A stretch of 64,000 bases of DNA, taken from Microgenomates group bacterium. GTDB taxonomy: Bacteria; Patescibacteriota; Microgenomatia; UBA1400; MFAQ01. The translations under genes were made by a program, and so were the position numbers. Within the stretch, counting starts at the first letter, position 1; the number at the start of each line of letters is the position of its first letter. Below the pieces are notes generated by a model, which saw nothing but the letters and a program-made list of their open reading frames with translations, searched no databases and was not told the DNA's origin. This document shows, piece by piece, positions 44,912 through 55,149 of this stretch. The DNA lies in the NCBI GenBank assembly GCA_049303575.1, contig JBAQNH010000002.1:572541-636540 (forward strand). Reading direction: 5' to 3'.

Positions 44912-46897
44912 ATGAGTAGTCTTTACCACCCCGAAGACACCGTTACCGCCATTAAGGGAGTGGGGGAAAGCACTGCAGAAAAACTCAATCGTCTAGGTAT
45001 TGATACCGTCTGTGACCTTCTCAATCACTATCCCTCTCGTTACTTCGATTTTTCGGAACCGATCCCGATAAAACAATTAACGGTCGGTAAAACTCAGTCA
45101 TTTATCGGCACCATTGGTAAAGTCAGTACTTTTTTTACAAAATCCGGAAAACTCCTCACCCAAAGCACAATCAAAGATTCCTCTGGCAAAATTATTCTCA
45201 CCTGGTTCAACAATCCCTACATCAAGCGTCTCATCAAAGAAAACACCATCTACACCGTAGCAGGTAAGGTTTCATTTTGGGGTAAAAGTCTTACCGTTGT
45301 CGCCCCCATTATCGAAGAAGGAAATACTCCTTCGATCAATACTTCCGGGCTGGTACCTGTCTACCCCCTCACCGAGGGTATTACTTCCAAATGGCTCAGA
45401 ACTAAAGTTCACACGATTCTTCCGTCAACTAAATTCACGGACTCGTTAGACCCACAAATTTTAAACTCTCTTGATTTACTTTCGGAATCCGCTGCCTATC
45501 AAAATATTCATTTTCCCCAAACCAAAGAACTTCGTTATCGTGCAGACAAACGGCTCTCTTTTAACGAACATTTACGTATTAACATCAATAACCAGTTGGA
45601 GTTGCAAAATTTAGGAGAGTCCGTTTCCCTCACCATTAAAGACAGCGTCACCAAGAAAACAACCGGTAAATTTCCCTTCAAACTTACCCCGGATCAAGAA
45701 AAAACCGTTACCGCAATTTACAAAGATCTCAAAAGCAATGAGTTCACTCACCGTCTAATTCAGGGAGATACGGGCTCCGGAAAGACCGCCACTATTATTT
45801 TTGCCGCCAATCAGTGTCTGGAAAATAATTTAAGCTGCGCTATCCTGGCTCCCACGGAGATTTTGGCCACCCAACACTTCAAGACCCTGCTATCCCTATC
45901 TCCGTTTCCCCAACAAATTCAACTCATTACTGGCTCGTCTAAACAAGCTCCCAAACTCAACAAACCTTCAATCTTCATTGGCACTCACTCTCTTCTCACT
46001 GGTCTTCCGCCAAAGCTAAAATATCCTCTTGCCTTTGTCGCCATCGACGAACAACATAAGTTTGGCGTCAAACAAAGAAATGAACTTCTCAACCGTACTC
46101 CGGTTCCTCATTTGTTCAATCTTTCTGCCACCCCTATACCTAGAACCGTGGCTCTTGGTCTTCTTGGAGATATCAACATCAGCAATATTACTCACCGGCC
46201 GATAAACCGTTTACCCACTAAAACTTTTGTCATTTCACCATCCCACTTTAAAAAAAGTCCCGATTGGTTGGCGGAACAGTTAGCTAAGGGTAGTCAAATT
46301 TTTGTCGTCTGCCCCAACATCCAAGACCACGAAACCGGCGTTGCCTCGGTCGATAAAATCTCCAAACTATATCGAAAAATAATTCCCGCTAAATATCCTG
46401 TTCTCACTATCCACGGAAAAATGAAGCCGGAAATCCAAAATGAAATTCTTTCAACTTTTAAAAAACAGGGGAGTGGTGTCCTGGTGGCTACCTCTCTCAT
46501 CGAAGTTGGTATCGACATCCCCTCGGCCAATATTATGATTATTCACTCGGCCGAACGTTTTGGTCTGGCCAGTCTACATCAACTTAGGGGTCGTGTTGGT
46601 AGGGGAGAAGCACAAGGCTACTGTTTTCTCGTCCCTTCTGCCGACGATGAAGAAGAATCGGCAAGACTTCAGCTTCTTCAAAAATATAACTCTGGTTTAA
46701 TTCTCGCCCAAAAAGATCTTCGCTTGAGAGGTGCTGGGGAAGTCTTTGGTATCAAGCAACACGGAACATTACCCACAACACTCAAGTACTTTTGGTCAAA
46801 GAAGCTCTTTTTAAGTGCCAAACACACCGCCAAGGTTCTTGTCAAAAAAAACCCCAAAATGGCCCTGCAGATTGCAAGCAGGCTCGAAACTTGCTAA
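44912..46897 (+). CDS. recG: ATP-dependent DNA helicase RecG
   Basis: N-terminal wedge region (GVGESTAEKLNRLGIDTVCDLLNHYPSRY). SF2 helicase motifs (QGDTGSGKT, LAPTEILATQH, DEQHKFG, HGKM). Length 661 aa. Confidence 0.85.
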   Translation: MSSLYHPEDTVTAIKGVGESTAEKLNRLGIDTVCDLLNHYPSRYFDFSEPIPIKQLTVGKTQSFIGTIGKVSTFFTKSGKLLTQSTIKDSSGKIILTWFNNPYIKRLIKENTIYTVAGKVSFWGKSLTVVAPIIEEGNTPSINTSGLVPVYPLTEGITSKWLRTKVHTILPSTKFTDSLDPQILNSLDLLSESAAYQNIHFPQTKELRYRADKRLSFNEHLRININNQLELQNLGESVSLTIKDSVTKKTTGKFPFKLTPDQEKTVTAIYKDLKSNEFTHRLIQGDTGSGKTATIIFAANQCLENNLSCAILAPTEILATQHFKTLLSLSPFPQQIQLITGSSKQAPKLNKPSIFIGTHSLLTGLPPKLKYPLAFVAIDEQHKFGVKQRNELLNRTPVPHLFNLSATPIPRTVALGLLGDINISNITHRPINRLPTKTFVISPSHFKKSPDWLAEQLAKGSQIFVVCPNIQDHETGVASVDKISKLYRKIIPAKYPVLTIHGKMKPEIQNEILSTFKKQGSGVLVATSLIEVGIDIPSANIMIIHSAERFGLASLHQLRGRVGRGEAQGYCFLVPSADDEEESARLQLLQKYNSGLILAQKDLRLRGAGEVFGIKQHGTLPTTLKYFWSKKLFLSAKHTAKVLVKKNPKMALQIASRLETC

Positions 46898-46931
46898 AAT
46901 AGGGCAAGTAACATTAATAATCAATAAACAA

Positions 46932-47084
46932 CATGGCCGCTACACCAAAAAGAAAAATATCTACAGCCAGGCAAGGAGCCAGACGTTCTCAAATTCATCT
47001 CATTGAACCTATGATGATCACATGTAAAAAATGTGGCAATTTGAAAAAGTCCCACTTCGCCTGTCCTGTTTGTAAAGCTAAATA
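46932..47084 (+). CDS. rpmF: 50S ribosomal protein L32 (zinc-ribbon type). Not in the supplied ORF track
   Basis: MAATPKRKISTARQGARRSQIHLIEPMMITCKKCGNLKKSHFACPVCKAK has the L32 N-terminal basic motif and CxxC...CxxC. Confidence 0.8.
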
Positions 47085-47091
47085 ATCTACT

Positions 47092-47481
47092 GTGAAATCT
47101 GCCCAAGATCCCAGACACCTAAAACGAATTGCTGTTTTTAAATCGCTTTTTGCCGGAAGTTTTACTGCCCAGCCGGAACATCCGACCAGGGTAGACAAAA
47201 TTCAGGCCAATATCAAAAATATCGACGACATTATCCAAAAATGTGCTCCCGAATGGCCCATCTCCCAAATTAATCGTGTCGATCTGGCAGTACTAAGACA
47301 GGCAGTTTATGAATTATTAGTAAAAACCGAGACTCCCACCAAAGTTATTATTGATGAGGCCGTGGAGATCGCCAAACGTTACGGGGGAAAAACCAGTTCC
47401 AGTTTCGTTAATGGTGCTCTCGCTTCAGCCATCAACCTAGCCGGCAGATCCGAAACCTCCGATGACCACTCAAAACCTTAA
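47092..47481 (+). CDS. nusB: Transcription antitermination factor NusB
   Basis: GTG start. DLAVLRQAVYELL...TPTKVIIDEAVEIAKRYGGKTSSSFVNGAL is the NusB signature. Confidence 0.75.
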   Translation: MKSAQDPRHLKRIAVFKSLFAGSFTAQPEHPTRVDKIQANIKNIDDIIQKCAPEWPISQINRVDLAVLRQAVYELLVKTETPTKVIIDEAVEIAKRYGGKTSSSFVNGALASAINLAGRSETSDDHSKP

Positions 47482-48145
47482 ACCACTTCAGAATCTTTTA
47501 GGCTACACCTTTAAGAACGAAAAACTTCTCCAAACCGCACTCACTCACCGTTCCTGTCTCAACGAACCTGGTGTTACTGAAAGTTACGAACGACTGGAAT
47601 TTCTGGGTGACGCTGTCCTCGAGATGATTATCTCGGTTTATCTCTTCAACAAATACCCCGACAAAATGGAAGGTTATCTCACCGCGGCCAGATCGGCTAC
47701 CGTCAGAACCGAGTCTCTCTCCAAAATCTCCAAAGATCACGGCATTGACACCTACATCATCATGAGCAAGGGAGAAGAGTCCACTGGCGGCCGAAATAAC
47801 CCCTCAATCCTCGAAGATGTCATCGAAAGCTTGATAGGCTCCCTCTACTGCGATGGCGGTCTTGATGCCGCAAACCAGTTTTTCACCAACTTTATTCTCC
47901 CCAACGCGGAGAGTATTATCAACGAAAATCAGCTCAAAGATGCCAAGTCTCTTCTTCAGGAAAAGGCACAAAGTAAGGGTTTTGTCTCTCCACTTTATAA
48001 AACAGTCAAAGAATCCGGTCCTGACCACAACAAGACGTTCGAGGTGGTTGTACTGGTAAATGACAAGGAAATCATTACCGGATCGGGCAAAAGTAAGCAG
48101 GATGCCGAGCAAAACGCTGCTAAAAAGGCCATTGAGCTGATATAA
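47462..48145 (+). CDS. rnc: Ribonuclease III
   Basis: RNase III signature ERLEFLGDAVLE and C-terminal dsRBD (GPDHNKTFEV...GSGKSKQDAEQNAAKKAIELI). Confidence 0.9.
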   Translation: MTTQNLKPLQNLLGYTFKNEKLLQTALTHRSCLNEPGVTESYERLEFLGDAVLEMIISVYLFNKYPDKMEGYLTAARSATVRTESLSKISKDHGIDTYIIMSKGEESTGGRNNPSILEDVIESLIGSLYCDGGLDAANQFFTNFILPNAESIINENQLKDAKSLLQEKAQSKGFVSPLYKTVKESGPDHNKTFEVVVLVNDKEIITGSGKSKQDAEQNAAKKAIELI

Positions 48146-48152
48146 TATCGCT

Positions 48153-48380
48153 ATGCTAAAAATCAAACTACAACCGACCGGTAAAAGACACCAACGCTTC
48201 TATCGTATCGTGGTCGCTGAAGGTAAATCCAAGTTATCTGGTAAGGTTATCGACACCTTGGGTACCTACAACCCACACGATGTCGAAAATAAAGTTGAAA
48301 TAAATAAAGAAAATTATCAATTATGGCTGAACAAGGGAGCCCAACCAACAGACACCATTAGAAAATTAGTTAATAAATAA
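48153..48380 (+). CDS. rpsP: 30S ribosomal protein S16
   Basis: MLKIKLQPTGKRHQRFYRIVVAEGKSKLSGKVIDTLGTYNP. Confidence 0.9.
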   Translation: MLKIKLQPTGKRHQRFYRIVVAEGKSKLSGKVIDTLGTYNPHDVENKVEINKENYQLWLNKGAQPTDTIRKLVNK

Positions 48381-48381
48381 A

Positions 48382-48762
48382 ATGAAACAACTAATCGAGT
48401 ACATCGTCAGTAACATCGTTAACCATCCAGAAAGTGTCACCATCACCGAGGAACAGACCGAAGACAAAGAAGCTACCAAATATTTAATTAAGGTTGACCC
48501 CGAAGACGTTGGTCGAGTTATCGGAAAAGAAGGTAAGGTAATCAAATCCATTCGCCAAATTGTTAGAATCGCCGCTATTCAAAAAGGTACCCGCGCTATC
48601 GTTGACCTCCTTGAGGACGACGCTACCCAAAGACCCGAAGCCACCGAAGAAGTAATCGAGGAAAAAGAAGCTCCTGAAGAACTAACCGAAAAGAAAGAAG
48701 AAGCTCTAGAGGAAGTTGCTGAAGTCATTGAGGAAAAGAAAGAAGAAGTTTCCGCAGAATAA
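48382..48762 (+). CDS. KH-domain RNA-binding protein (UPF0109/YlqC-like) with acidic C-terminal tail
   Basis: VGRVIGKEGKVIKSIRQIV KH GXXG motif. Conserved position after rpsP. Confidence 0.7.
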   Translation: MKQLIEYIVSNIVNHPESVTITEEQTEDKEATKYLIKVDPEDVGRVIGKEGKVIKSIRQIVRIAAIQKGTRAIVDLLEDDATQRPEATEEVIEEKEAPEELTEKKEEALEEVAEVIEEKKEEVSAE

Positions 48763-48779
48763 GCAAAGGGGGACCGTTT

Positions 48780-49586
48780 TTAAAACCCAAACAGTTTTTC
48801 CGACGTATTGGTTGCTATTGGTACCTCAGTTCCTCCCGTTTGGCTGAATGTGGAAAACTCCGAGATTCTCTTTACCAAAGCCATATCTGCGTCCGTAAAA
48901 GGTTGCATTTTAGTAATATCCACCTTTTTAAGAATCGCTTGATAGTACTTAATTTCCAGATCCATTGTTATCGACTTGTCACCTTGCGTCGACTGTGAAA
49001 GTTTACTTACTTCCTGCATTCCCAAATCAGATACAATCCCAACCGGCAATGATGTCTCAGCTTTATCAATGAAGCTCAGTATTTTGTCCACAGGAGCTGA
49101 AACAGACAGCTTGATTGGATAACTAATAAAGTTCGCCATATTTTCGGCACTTTCAACCACACTACTCGTCCCTGCCTTATCGTCACCGAACAATACTCCG
49201 CTCGGTAAGGAATAAGATACGATCGACATCCCGGTTATCTCATTAGCAATGTTCCGCAACAAAAATACGGCGTTTTCAGGAGAATAGGTCTGTGGAATCG
49301 CCTGTAAAACCAAGTTTTGCGTCGCTTCCGGTATTTGCTCATTAAGCTTGTCAAAACCCTCCTTAGAGTTCTTCAGGGACTCCAGATCGGTCTGTTTACT
49401 CTCCACGCGTGATCTTAAAAGATTGACTGTCTCAAATTTTGGCCAAATCACGAAAATTAACACGAAAAACATCACCGCCGAGGCCAACAAAAAGGTCGCC
49501 ATTGTTCGAATTGTTCCTTCATCTACCCAGTCAGGTAAGACAAAGCCAAAGATATTCTTATATCCAACGATTTTATTTTCAGCCAT
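48780..49586 (-). CDS. pilO: Type IV pilus assembly protein PilO-like
   Basis: Single N-terminal TM, coiled-coil, periplasmic domain. Position after pilM-pilN. Confidence 0.5.
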   Translation of the reverse strand: MAENKIVGYKNIFGFVLPDWVDEGTIRTMATFLLASAVMFFVLIFVIWPKFETVNLLRSRVESKQTDLESLKNSKEGFDKLNEQIPEATQNLVLQAIPQTYSPENAVFLLRNIANEITGMSIVSYSLPSGVLFGDDKAGTSSVVESAENMANFISYPIKLSVSAPVDKILSFIDKAETSLPVGIVSDLGMQEVSKLSQSTQGDKSITMDLEIKYYQAILKKVDITKMQPFTDADMALVKRISEFSTFSQTGGTEVPIATNTSEKLFGF

Positions 49587-50133
49587 TTCCTTTTAACTCA
49601 AGTTGTAAACTGGTGTTGTATGCACCGCTTTTATCTTTAGCCACTCCTTCGATAAAGGCTCCGGAAAAAAACTTGCTTTCCTCCCACATGTCAGTATTTA
49701 GCAGAACCCTTTCCAGGGCTTGTTGGACAAAAATATCATCCGTTGTCACCGTTAAAGAAATCCATCCCGCTTGCTTAAAATCGATACCGGTCAAGGTAGC
49801 GTTTGGAGGTAACAACAAGGCTATCTGATCTAGATAATCTTTATAACGAAATTTGTTCTTATTGATCCTTTCAAACTCGGTTACGATTAACTTTGTTAAA
49901 ACAAATCGGCTTAATTTTTCGTTATTGCTTAGCATGGCACTGGAAATACTTGCGGACTCACTCTCTACATTTTTTAATCTATTATTCAAGATAATTGTAG
50001 AGATCACCACATACAGCGTTGCTCCAACAAAATACGCAGAAAACAATCCAAATAACGAAAAGGTTACTACTTTTGTCCAGTTTCTACCGGTATAAGCTTT
50101 TCGTTTTTTGCTAATTAGGTTTACCTTAATCAT
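49579..50133 (-). CDS. pilN: Type IV pilus assembly protein PilN-like
   Basis: Short cytoplasmic N-terminus, TM helix (VVTFSLFGLFSAYFVGATLYVV), periplasmic coiled-coil. Directly follows pilM. Confidence 0.5.
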   Translation of the reverse strand: MIKVNLISKKRKAYTGRNWTKVVTFSLFGLFSAYFVGATLYVVISTIILNNRLKNVESESASISSAMLSNNEKLSRFVLTKLIVTEFERINKNKFRYKDYLDQIALLLPPNATLTGIDFKQAGWISLTVTTDDIFVQQALERVLLNTDMWEESKFFSGAFIEGVAKDKSGAYNTSLQLELKGNG

Positions 50134-51143
50134 GAATTTTCAATCGCTAAACCATAAGCTATGGCAAAAACCGGTCCTAAGGCTGAATTTTTCTGATCAA
50201 TACTCATCTCCGAAAAAGGATTACCCATCACTATTTCGACTCCCGAAAGGGACTCTGACAAATAGGGGATTAAACCCAGTAGATATGCTCCTCCCCCCGT
50301 CAAAATTATTCTATTTACCGTTGACTCCGGGTGTTCGTTTTGATAAGCAATTGTAAGCTTCTTCAGTTCACCGGCTAGATTATCAATCACCGGTTTCAAA
50401 ACAGTAAACATCTTGCCTTCTAGCTGGTCTTTTACCATTCCGTATGTTCTCTTATAACTTTCGGCCTGATCTAAAGGGAGTCCAAAGGCATCCGCGATAA
50501 GCTTGGTCATGACTAATCCTCCAAACGGTAGATAATAATTTCCAAAGATCTGTTCTTTACCGGCCAAAACCAACCCCGTACCGCTGGATCCAATATTTAC
50601 CAGAATAGAAGGACTCTCATCGCTCATAATCGGTGAAAAAGATCTTATTAAAGCGGGAATTTCGTTTTCCAACCTTAAAGGTGTCACCTCAACCAACTCC
50701 AACAACTGGACATAGACGTCCGATACCGGTGTTGGTACCGCCACTACATAAACCGAGATTTTTTCGTCACCCCTAACCTTATCTGGTTTATTCAAAACAG
50801 CCCACGATGTCTCCACTTCATTAGGGGGAAAGGGGACAGATTGATCCAGTTCCCATTTTATTGCCGTTGCCAACTCTGGCGAAGACATAATCGGCAACTG
50901 CATCAATTTGGAAAATACCAACGACTCGGAAATGGAAGCTACCACTTGTTTGCCTTTAAGACCGGCACCTTTAATCAACTCCTTTAGGTGGTCAGCCAAG
51001 GCAATCTTCTCGGCGTTATTCATCGCCATCAAATTCTTATTGGCAGGGTTAGCGGCCACTACTACCGCCGAGATTTTTTTCCCGTCAATCTTAAGAATTT
51101 TAATACTTGTAGAACCAATATCTAAACCAAAATGGGCAGCCAT
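50130..51143 (-). CDS. pilM: Type IV pilus assembly ATPase-like protein PilM (actin-fold)
   Basis: FGLDIGSTSIKILKI... and actin/FtsA-like fold motifs (ILTGGGA). Confidence 0.8.
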   Translation of the reverse strand: MAAHFGLDIGSTSIKILKIDGKKISAVVVAANPANKNLMAMNNAEKIALADHLKELIKGAGLKGKQVVASISESLVFSKLMQLPIMSSPELATAIKWELDQSVPFPPNEVETSWAVLNKPDKVRGDEKISVYVVAVPTPVSDVYVQLLELVEVTPLRLENEIPALIRSFSPIMSDESPSILVNIGSSGTGLVLAGKEQIFGNYYLPFGGLVMTKLIADAFGLPLDQAESYKRTYGMVKDQLEGKMFTVLKPVIDNLAGELKKLTIAYQNEHPESTVNRIILTGGGAYLLGLIPYLSESLSGVEIVMGNPFSEMSIDQKNSALGPVFAIAYGLAIENS

Positions 51144-51188
51144 ACTGTACTCAGTATACCTTAATTTTTTATATCAAAACATCACCAA

Positions 51189-51938
51189 TTACTGAACAAT
51201 ACTTCCTCCGGAGAACAGGGCATAATCAAAAACTGACGGTATACTATCGGCAGCCGACTCATCATACTGCAATCCATACTTCACCGTTTGGTCTCCAGAC
51301 TGCACTGATCCGGTCGATTTTATTGATTTTATTTGAGAAGGAAACTCTGCACCGACAGGCACTACTCTTAATAAAGCCGGCGACCCCAAAACGGTAATTC
51401 TCACCTTAACCACGTTGATATTTAAAGCAATATTGGGTGTTTTTTTTGCATAACCCCCGGAACCGGCTGTAGCAACGGTAAAACCATTTAAGCCGTCATA
51501 GTCATAGGCATAATCGGTGACAGTTCCAGAACTCGTTATCACAGAAATAAAAACCGCTGGTTTATTATTCGGGTTATCGTTATCCGGCCCCCAGTAAGCA
51601 ATAAAACTCGTCAAGGCGGCATTCGCTGGCTGCAAACTAATCTCTACCGTACTCCCGATATCCATTGATCCCAAATCCACACTACTTTTCCCGATATCAG
51701 ATTTTTCCGCATAATAATCTGTTCCCATCAACCCGGCCGTAGTCCCTGACGGATTCATAATTAACTGTTCCAAACCTGTTTGAGCAAAGAGCAACGCCTG
51801 AACTCCTTCAGATTCCGACTGTTGAATTTTTGTATCCACTGTCGAACGGGAAGCTAAAGACACCGCCAATGAGCTAACGACCGTCATGATCAACACCAAC
51901 ACTAACGCTACCTGCCCCTTGTGTTCACTTTTTATCAT
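51189..51938 (-). CDS. PilX-like pilus assembly protein (PilX_N-type N-terminus)
   Basis: KGQVALVLVLIMTVVSSLAVSLAS resembles the PilX N-terminal domain. Confidence 0.4.
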   Translation of the reverse strand: MIKSEHKGQVALVLVLIMTVVSSLAVSLASRSTVDTKIQQSESEGVQALLFAQTGLEQLIMNPSGTTAGLMGTDYYAEKSDIGKSSVDLGSMDIGSTVEISLQPANAALTSFIAYWGPDNDNPNNKPAVFISVITSSGTVTDYAYDYDGLNGFTVATAGSGGYAKKTPNIALNINVVKVRITVLGSPALLRVVPVGAEFPSQIKSIKSTGSVQSGDQTVKYGLQYDESAADSIPSVFDYALFSGGSIVQ

Positions 51939-51939
51939 T

Positions 51940-52464
51940 TCAGTTTATACCGCTATTAAGCAAATTTATGTCCTTGTTAAAAACACCAGTCGCCACCTCA
52001 CCAGACTTTCCGCTGGCATTGGCTTCAATTACCATTTTTATCTTATCATTAACCCCGGATCTACAATACCAAGTAAACTCCAATTTTGTCACCTCAATCT
52101 CCGGATTACTAATCGGTACGGCTGAGTCCGAAGATACTATTCCACTCGAAAGAGAATAGGTTGCTTTTCCGCCGGCAAGATCCATCACCACGAGAGTACT
52201 CCCGCTGACACCATTAGTTCCGGCTGCTACACAGCTTAGTCTGTCATCGGTACCAACACGGACTACCTCACCATAGCGTAGACTTCTTTCGATCATTTCG
52301 TCCAGGGCTCTCAGACTATTATTCAACGCCGTTTGGATATCACTAACACCACTTGAACGGAAACTTCGATAAAAAATTGCCGTTCCGCCTGCCAAAACAA
52401 TAACCAATAGTGATACTGCCACTACCAACTCGACTAACGTATATCCTTTAAATCTGTTTTTCAT
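51940..52464 (-). CDS. Prepilin-type N-terminal cleavage/methylation domain protein (minor pilin)
   Basis: MKNRFKGYTLVELVVAVSLLVIVLAG has the G-(F/Y)-T-L-(I/V)-E class III signal. Confidence 0.7.
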   Translation of the reverse strand: MKNRFKGYTLVELVVAVSLLVIVLAGGTAIFYRSFRSSGVSDIQTALNNSLRALDEMIERSLRYGEVVRVGTDDRLSCVAAGTNGVSGSTLVVMDLAGGKATYSLSSGIVSSDSAVPISNPEIEVTKLEFTWYCRSGVNDKIKMVIEANASGKSGEVATGVFNKDINLLNSGIN

Positions 52465-52874
52465 TTTGTCAATTTTGCTAATATCTGAGAAAATTCGGTC
52501 GTAATTTCTTTATCTGCATCCTTCCACACAATCTTCACTGTCATTTTTGTACCACTAGCAATACCGGTACTGTCATAGGTAATCGTACAAACATACTTGA
52601 CCGGATCAGGATTATCCACGCAGGCACTATAACCAGACTGGGGATTAGGACTCTGAAAAAATAATGTCGGCTCCAGATCTCTTGCCTGCCGATAGTGGTT
52701 CAACTGATTCTGAGCAATATTTGTCGCTGCATTTTTACCGGCCTGGAAACTGGCCAAGCTTAAGGACCTAGAAATAAGATCCGATACTCCCACCAAAACT
52801 ACCGCAATAATTCCCACCGCGACGACAATCTCGATGAGTGACTGCCCCTTAGTGTCCTTAAGGATATGTTTCAT
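52461..52874 (-). CDS. Prepilin-type minor pilin
   Basis: MKHILKDTKGQSLIEIVVAVGIIAVVL. Start moved to the internal Met of ORF 52461..52904. Confidence 0.6.
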   Translation of the reverse strand: MKHILKDTKGQSLIEIVVAVGIIAVVLVGVSDLISRSLSLASFQAGKNAATNIAQNQLNHYRQARDLEPTLFFQSPNPQSGYSACVDNPDPVKYVCTITYDSTGIASGTKMTVKIVWKDADKEITTEFSQILAKLTK

Positions 52875-53355
52875 ACTCTTTTGTACTGATATTTCCGTTT
52901 GCATCTGTTTTTACCACCACCGTGTAGGGGTCATTGGAGTTTTGAATCGGAAACTCTCCAACTTGACTGATGGCTCCTGTTCCTGCTCCAAAATAGATAT
53001 CTACCGTGTCTGTAAAAAACACCTTTGTCAATACTTCTTCATTGGTTTTCACCAATATTTCTACGCCGTTACAAATTGCAGATATGGTCATGGTCGTACA
53101 ACCTTCTCCAATGCAATCTGCTTTTAAACGATACCGTTCCAATCTGGAGGCACAACCAGCAGGATAAACCAAGTTTTTAGCCATTGCCTGGACCTTCTTC
53201 ATCTCTGTTGCAAAATTTCTGGCATCATTCATCGCCGCCTGTCTTTGGCTAAAACGAAAATAGGAAGCTATTGACATGCCGGACATTAAAATAATAATGG
53301 CAATCACCACTATCAACTCGATCAATGTAAAACCACTATGTTTTATTATCCTCAT
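52858..53355 (-). CDS. Type IV pilin-like protein
   Basis: MRIIKHSGFTLIELIVVIAIIIL class III signal. Confidence 0.75.
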   Translation of the reverse strand: MRIIKHSGFTLIELIVVIAIIILMSGMSIASYFRFSQRQAAMNDARNFATEMKKVQAMAKNLVYPAGCASRLERYRLKADCIGEGCTTMTISAICNGVEILVKTNEEVLTKVFFTDTVDIYFGAGTGAISQVGEFPIQNSNDPYTVVVKTDANGNISTKEYETYP

Positions 53356-53717
53356 GGATTAGTGAGCGATTTTGCTCCGCCTTCATAACAACTTGCCGTT
53401 AAGGTATATCCACCTCCTGACGGTGTATAGGTATAGTTTGCTGTCGCGCACTTCGGGTCTTTTGGTGTTGTTTTCAAAGTAACTATCGTAGTCGTTAATG
53501 GGCACGTAACAGAGGGATAAACTACAGCTGGATACTCACCATCAATCGACCTGCACATCTCCAAAGCTTGCCGAATAGCCTCCATGTCCGCGCTTCTTCT
53601 GGCATTTCTGGAATTTTTACTTATCGTCGTATAGGACACCACTCCGGCAGCAAAAATTACTGCAATTATTGTGATCACCACCAAGAGCTCAATAAAAGTA
53701 AAGCCGTTTTTTTTCAT
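53352..53717 (-). CDS. Type IV pilin-like protein
   Basis: MKKNGFTFIELLVVITIIAVI. Confidence 0.75.
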   Translation of the reverse strand: MKKNGFTFIELLVVITIIAVIFAAGVVSYTTISKNSRNARRSADMEAIRQALEMCRSIDGEYPAVVYPSVTCPLTTTIVTLKTTPKDPKCATANYTYTPSGGGYTLTASCYEGGAKSLTNP

Positions 53718-54133
53718 TGTAAATTAGCTACACAATAATACGTTTTCCCGGCTGCCCAAGAACAACCCGATCCAGAATTTCCGGAGGTGTTTTTCTCCAT
53801 CAACGCACAGATACAATAGCTCGCCGTGGTCGCGCACGATGTGAACTCAACATATTTATAAGTAGCATCATTTATGGGGTCTTGTGGCCAAGAACTTTTT
53901 AAATACGAAGCCGCCGTCGAACATGTTGCCGGATATTTATAACTGTTCGCAGGGTCGGAATAATACTGTTCCAGAGCATTCTGCATAGCTACTAGGTCCT
54001 GCTTCCTTCTTGAGTCTCGACCACTTTTTTGAGTTGCAGAGTACGACACCGTCGCCAAAGCGACGAGAATTCCGATAATTCCAATTACTACCAAAAGCTC
54101 CAACAAGGTAAAAGCGTTTTTAACTTTGTTCAT
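53714..54133 (-). CDS. Type IV pilin-like protein
   Basis: MNKVKNAFTLLELLVVIGIIGIL, with Cys pairs in the C-terminal region. Confidence 0.75.
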   Translation of the reverse strand: MNKVKNAFTLLELLVVIGIIGILVALATVSYSATQKSGRDSRRKQDLVAMQNALEQYYSDPANSYKYPATCSTAASYLKSSWPQDPINDATYKYVEFTSCATTASYCICALMEKNTSGNSGSGCSWAAGKTYYCVANLQ

Positions 54134-54135
54134 TT

Positions 54136-54570
54136 TTATTGATTGTTAACTTGATAAATAACCCCGGTATTTGTAGTTCCTCCGCAAGCAACAACTGGAA
54201 CCAATTTTGTTGAGTCTGCCGAATTTTCCAAACAAGCAGTAATTCCATAACTTAAATTTGAATTTGTCGCCGTATAAACATAGTTTGCCCAACTACTTCC
54301 TTTAGGGTCAACAAAAACCACCGTAGAGTAACCTTCATTTATCAAATATGTTGTTTGATCAGCGGTCGAAAGAGTTACTGGATATTTTCCGTTGTTGTCA
54401 TTTCGATATAGCTCCAAAGCTTTCTGGAGTTGGCTGAGATCACTCTTTCTCTGTACGTCTCGTGCTCTAGCTCTGGCTTGGTTGAAATTAAAAATTGCCA
54501 TTCCGGTAAGAACGGCAATAATCCCCATAGTAACCAGCAACTCAATTAGGGTAAATCCGTTTTTTTTCAT
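54136..54570 (-). CDS. Type IV pilin-like protein
   Basis: MKKNGFTLIELLVTMGIIAVL. Confidence 0.75.
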   Translation of the reverse strand: MKKNGFTLIELLVTMGIIAVLTGMAIFNFNQARARARDVQRKSDLSQLQKALELYRNDNNGKYPVTLSTADQTTYLINEGYSTVVFVDPKGSSWANYVYTATNSNLSYGITACLENSADSTKLVPVVACGGTTNTGVIYQVNNQ

Positions 54571-54572
54571 TG

Positions 54573-55118
54573 TTATTTTGCTTTTATTAATCCTGTTTCA
54601 GTAATCTTATAATTACACGGGGATGGGCCACAATCGACACCATCCGACGCCCAGTCTGTTTTAGTGGTTGTTCCTGATACTACCACCACATCTTTGTCTT
54701 CAAGGTTTTCCAAAGAAGTGTAATAAGCAAAACTACTCAAACTGGCATCTGGTTTGTAGTAATATTTTTTTTCATTATCAGTATCAGCCGGCAATTTGTC
54801 TAAATAAACCGTTGATTTTCCGTTAAAACAATAAGTAAACTTAGTTGTGCAGACCGTCGGAGAACCACAATTACCCGGTGAAATAACAGAACTACACATA
54901 ATTTGACCACTTCCATTGCTGGCGGGATACGAACCTGCATCGTTGTAGTAAAGCTCAAGTGCTTTAGCTATTTGATTCAGGTCATTTTTTCTCTGTGTAT
55001 CTTTGGATTTAACTGTTGCTTGAGTAAAAGAACCAATTCCAATAACGGACAAAATACCAATAATCGCCATCACCAAAATTAACTCAATCAAAGTAAATCC
55101 TCTCGTTTGTCTTCTCAC
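54573..55118 (-). CDS. Type IV pilin-like protein
   Basis: MRRQTRGFTLIELILVMAIIGIL, Cys-rich C-terminal domain. Confidence 0.75.
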   Translation of the reverse strand: MRRQTRGFTLIELILVMAIIGILSVIGIGSFTQATVKSKDTQRKNDLNQIAKALELYYNDAGSYPASNGSGQIMCSSVISPGNCGSPTVCTTKFTYCFNGKSTVYLDKLPADTDNEKKYYYKPDASLSSFAYYTSLENLEDKDVVVVSGTTTKTDWASDGVDCGPSPCNYKITETGLIKAK

Positions 55119-55149
55119 AATTTCATTGTGCTTTAAACCTAATCAAATG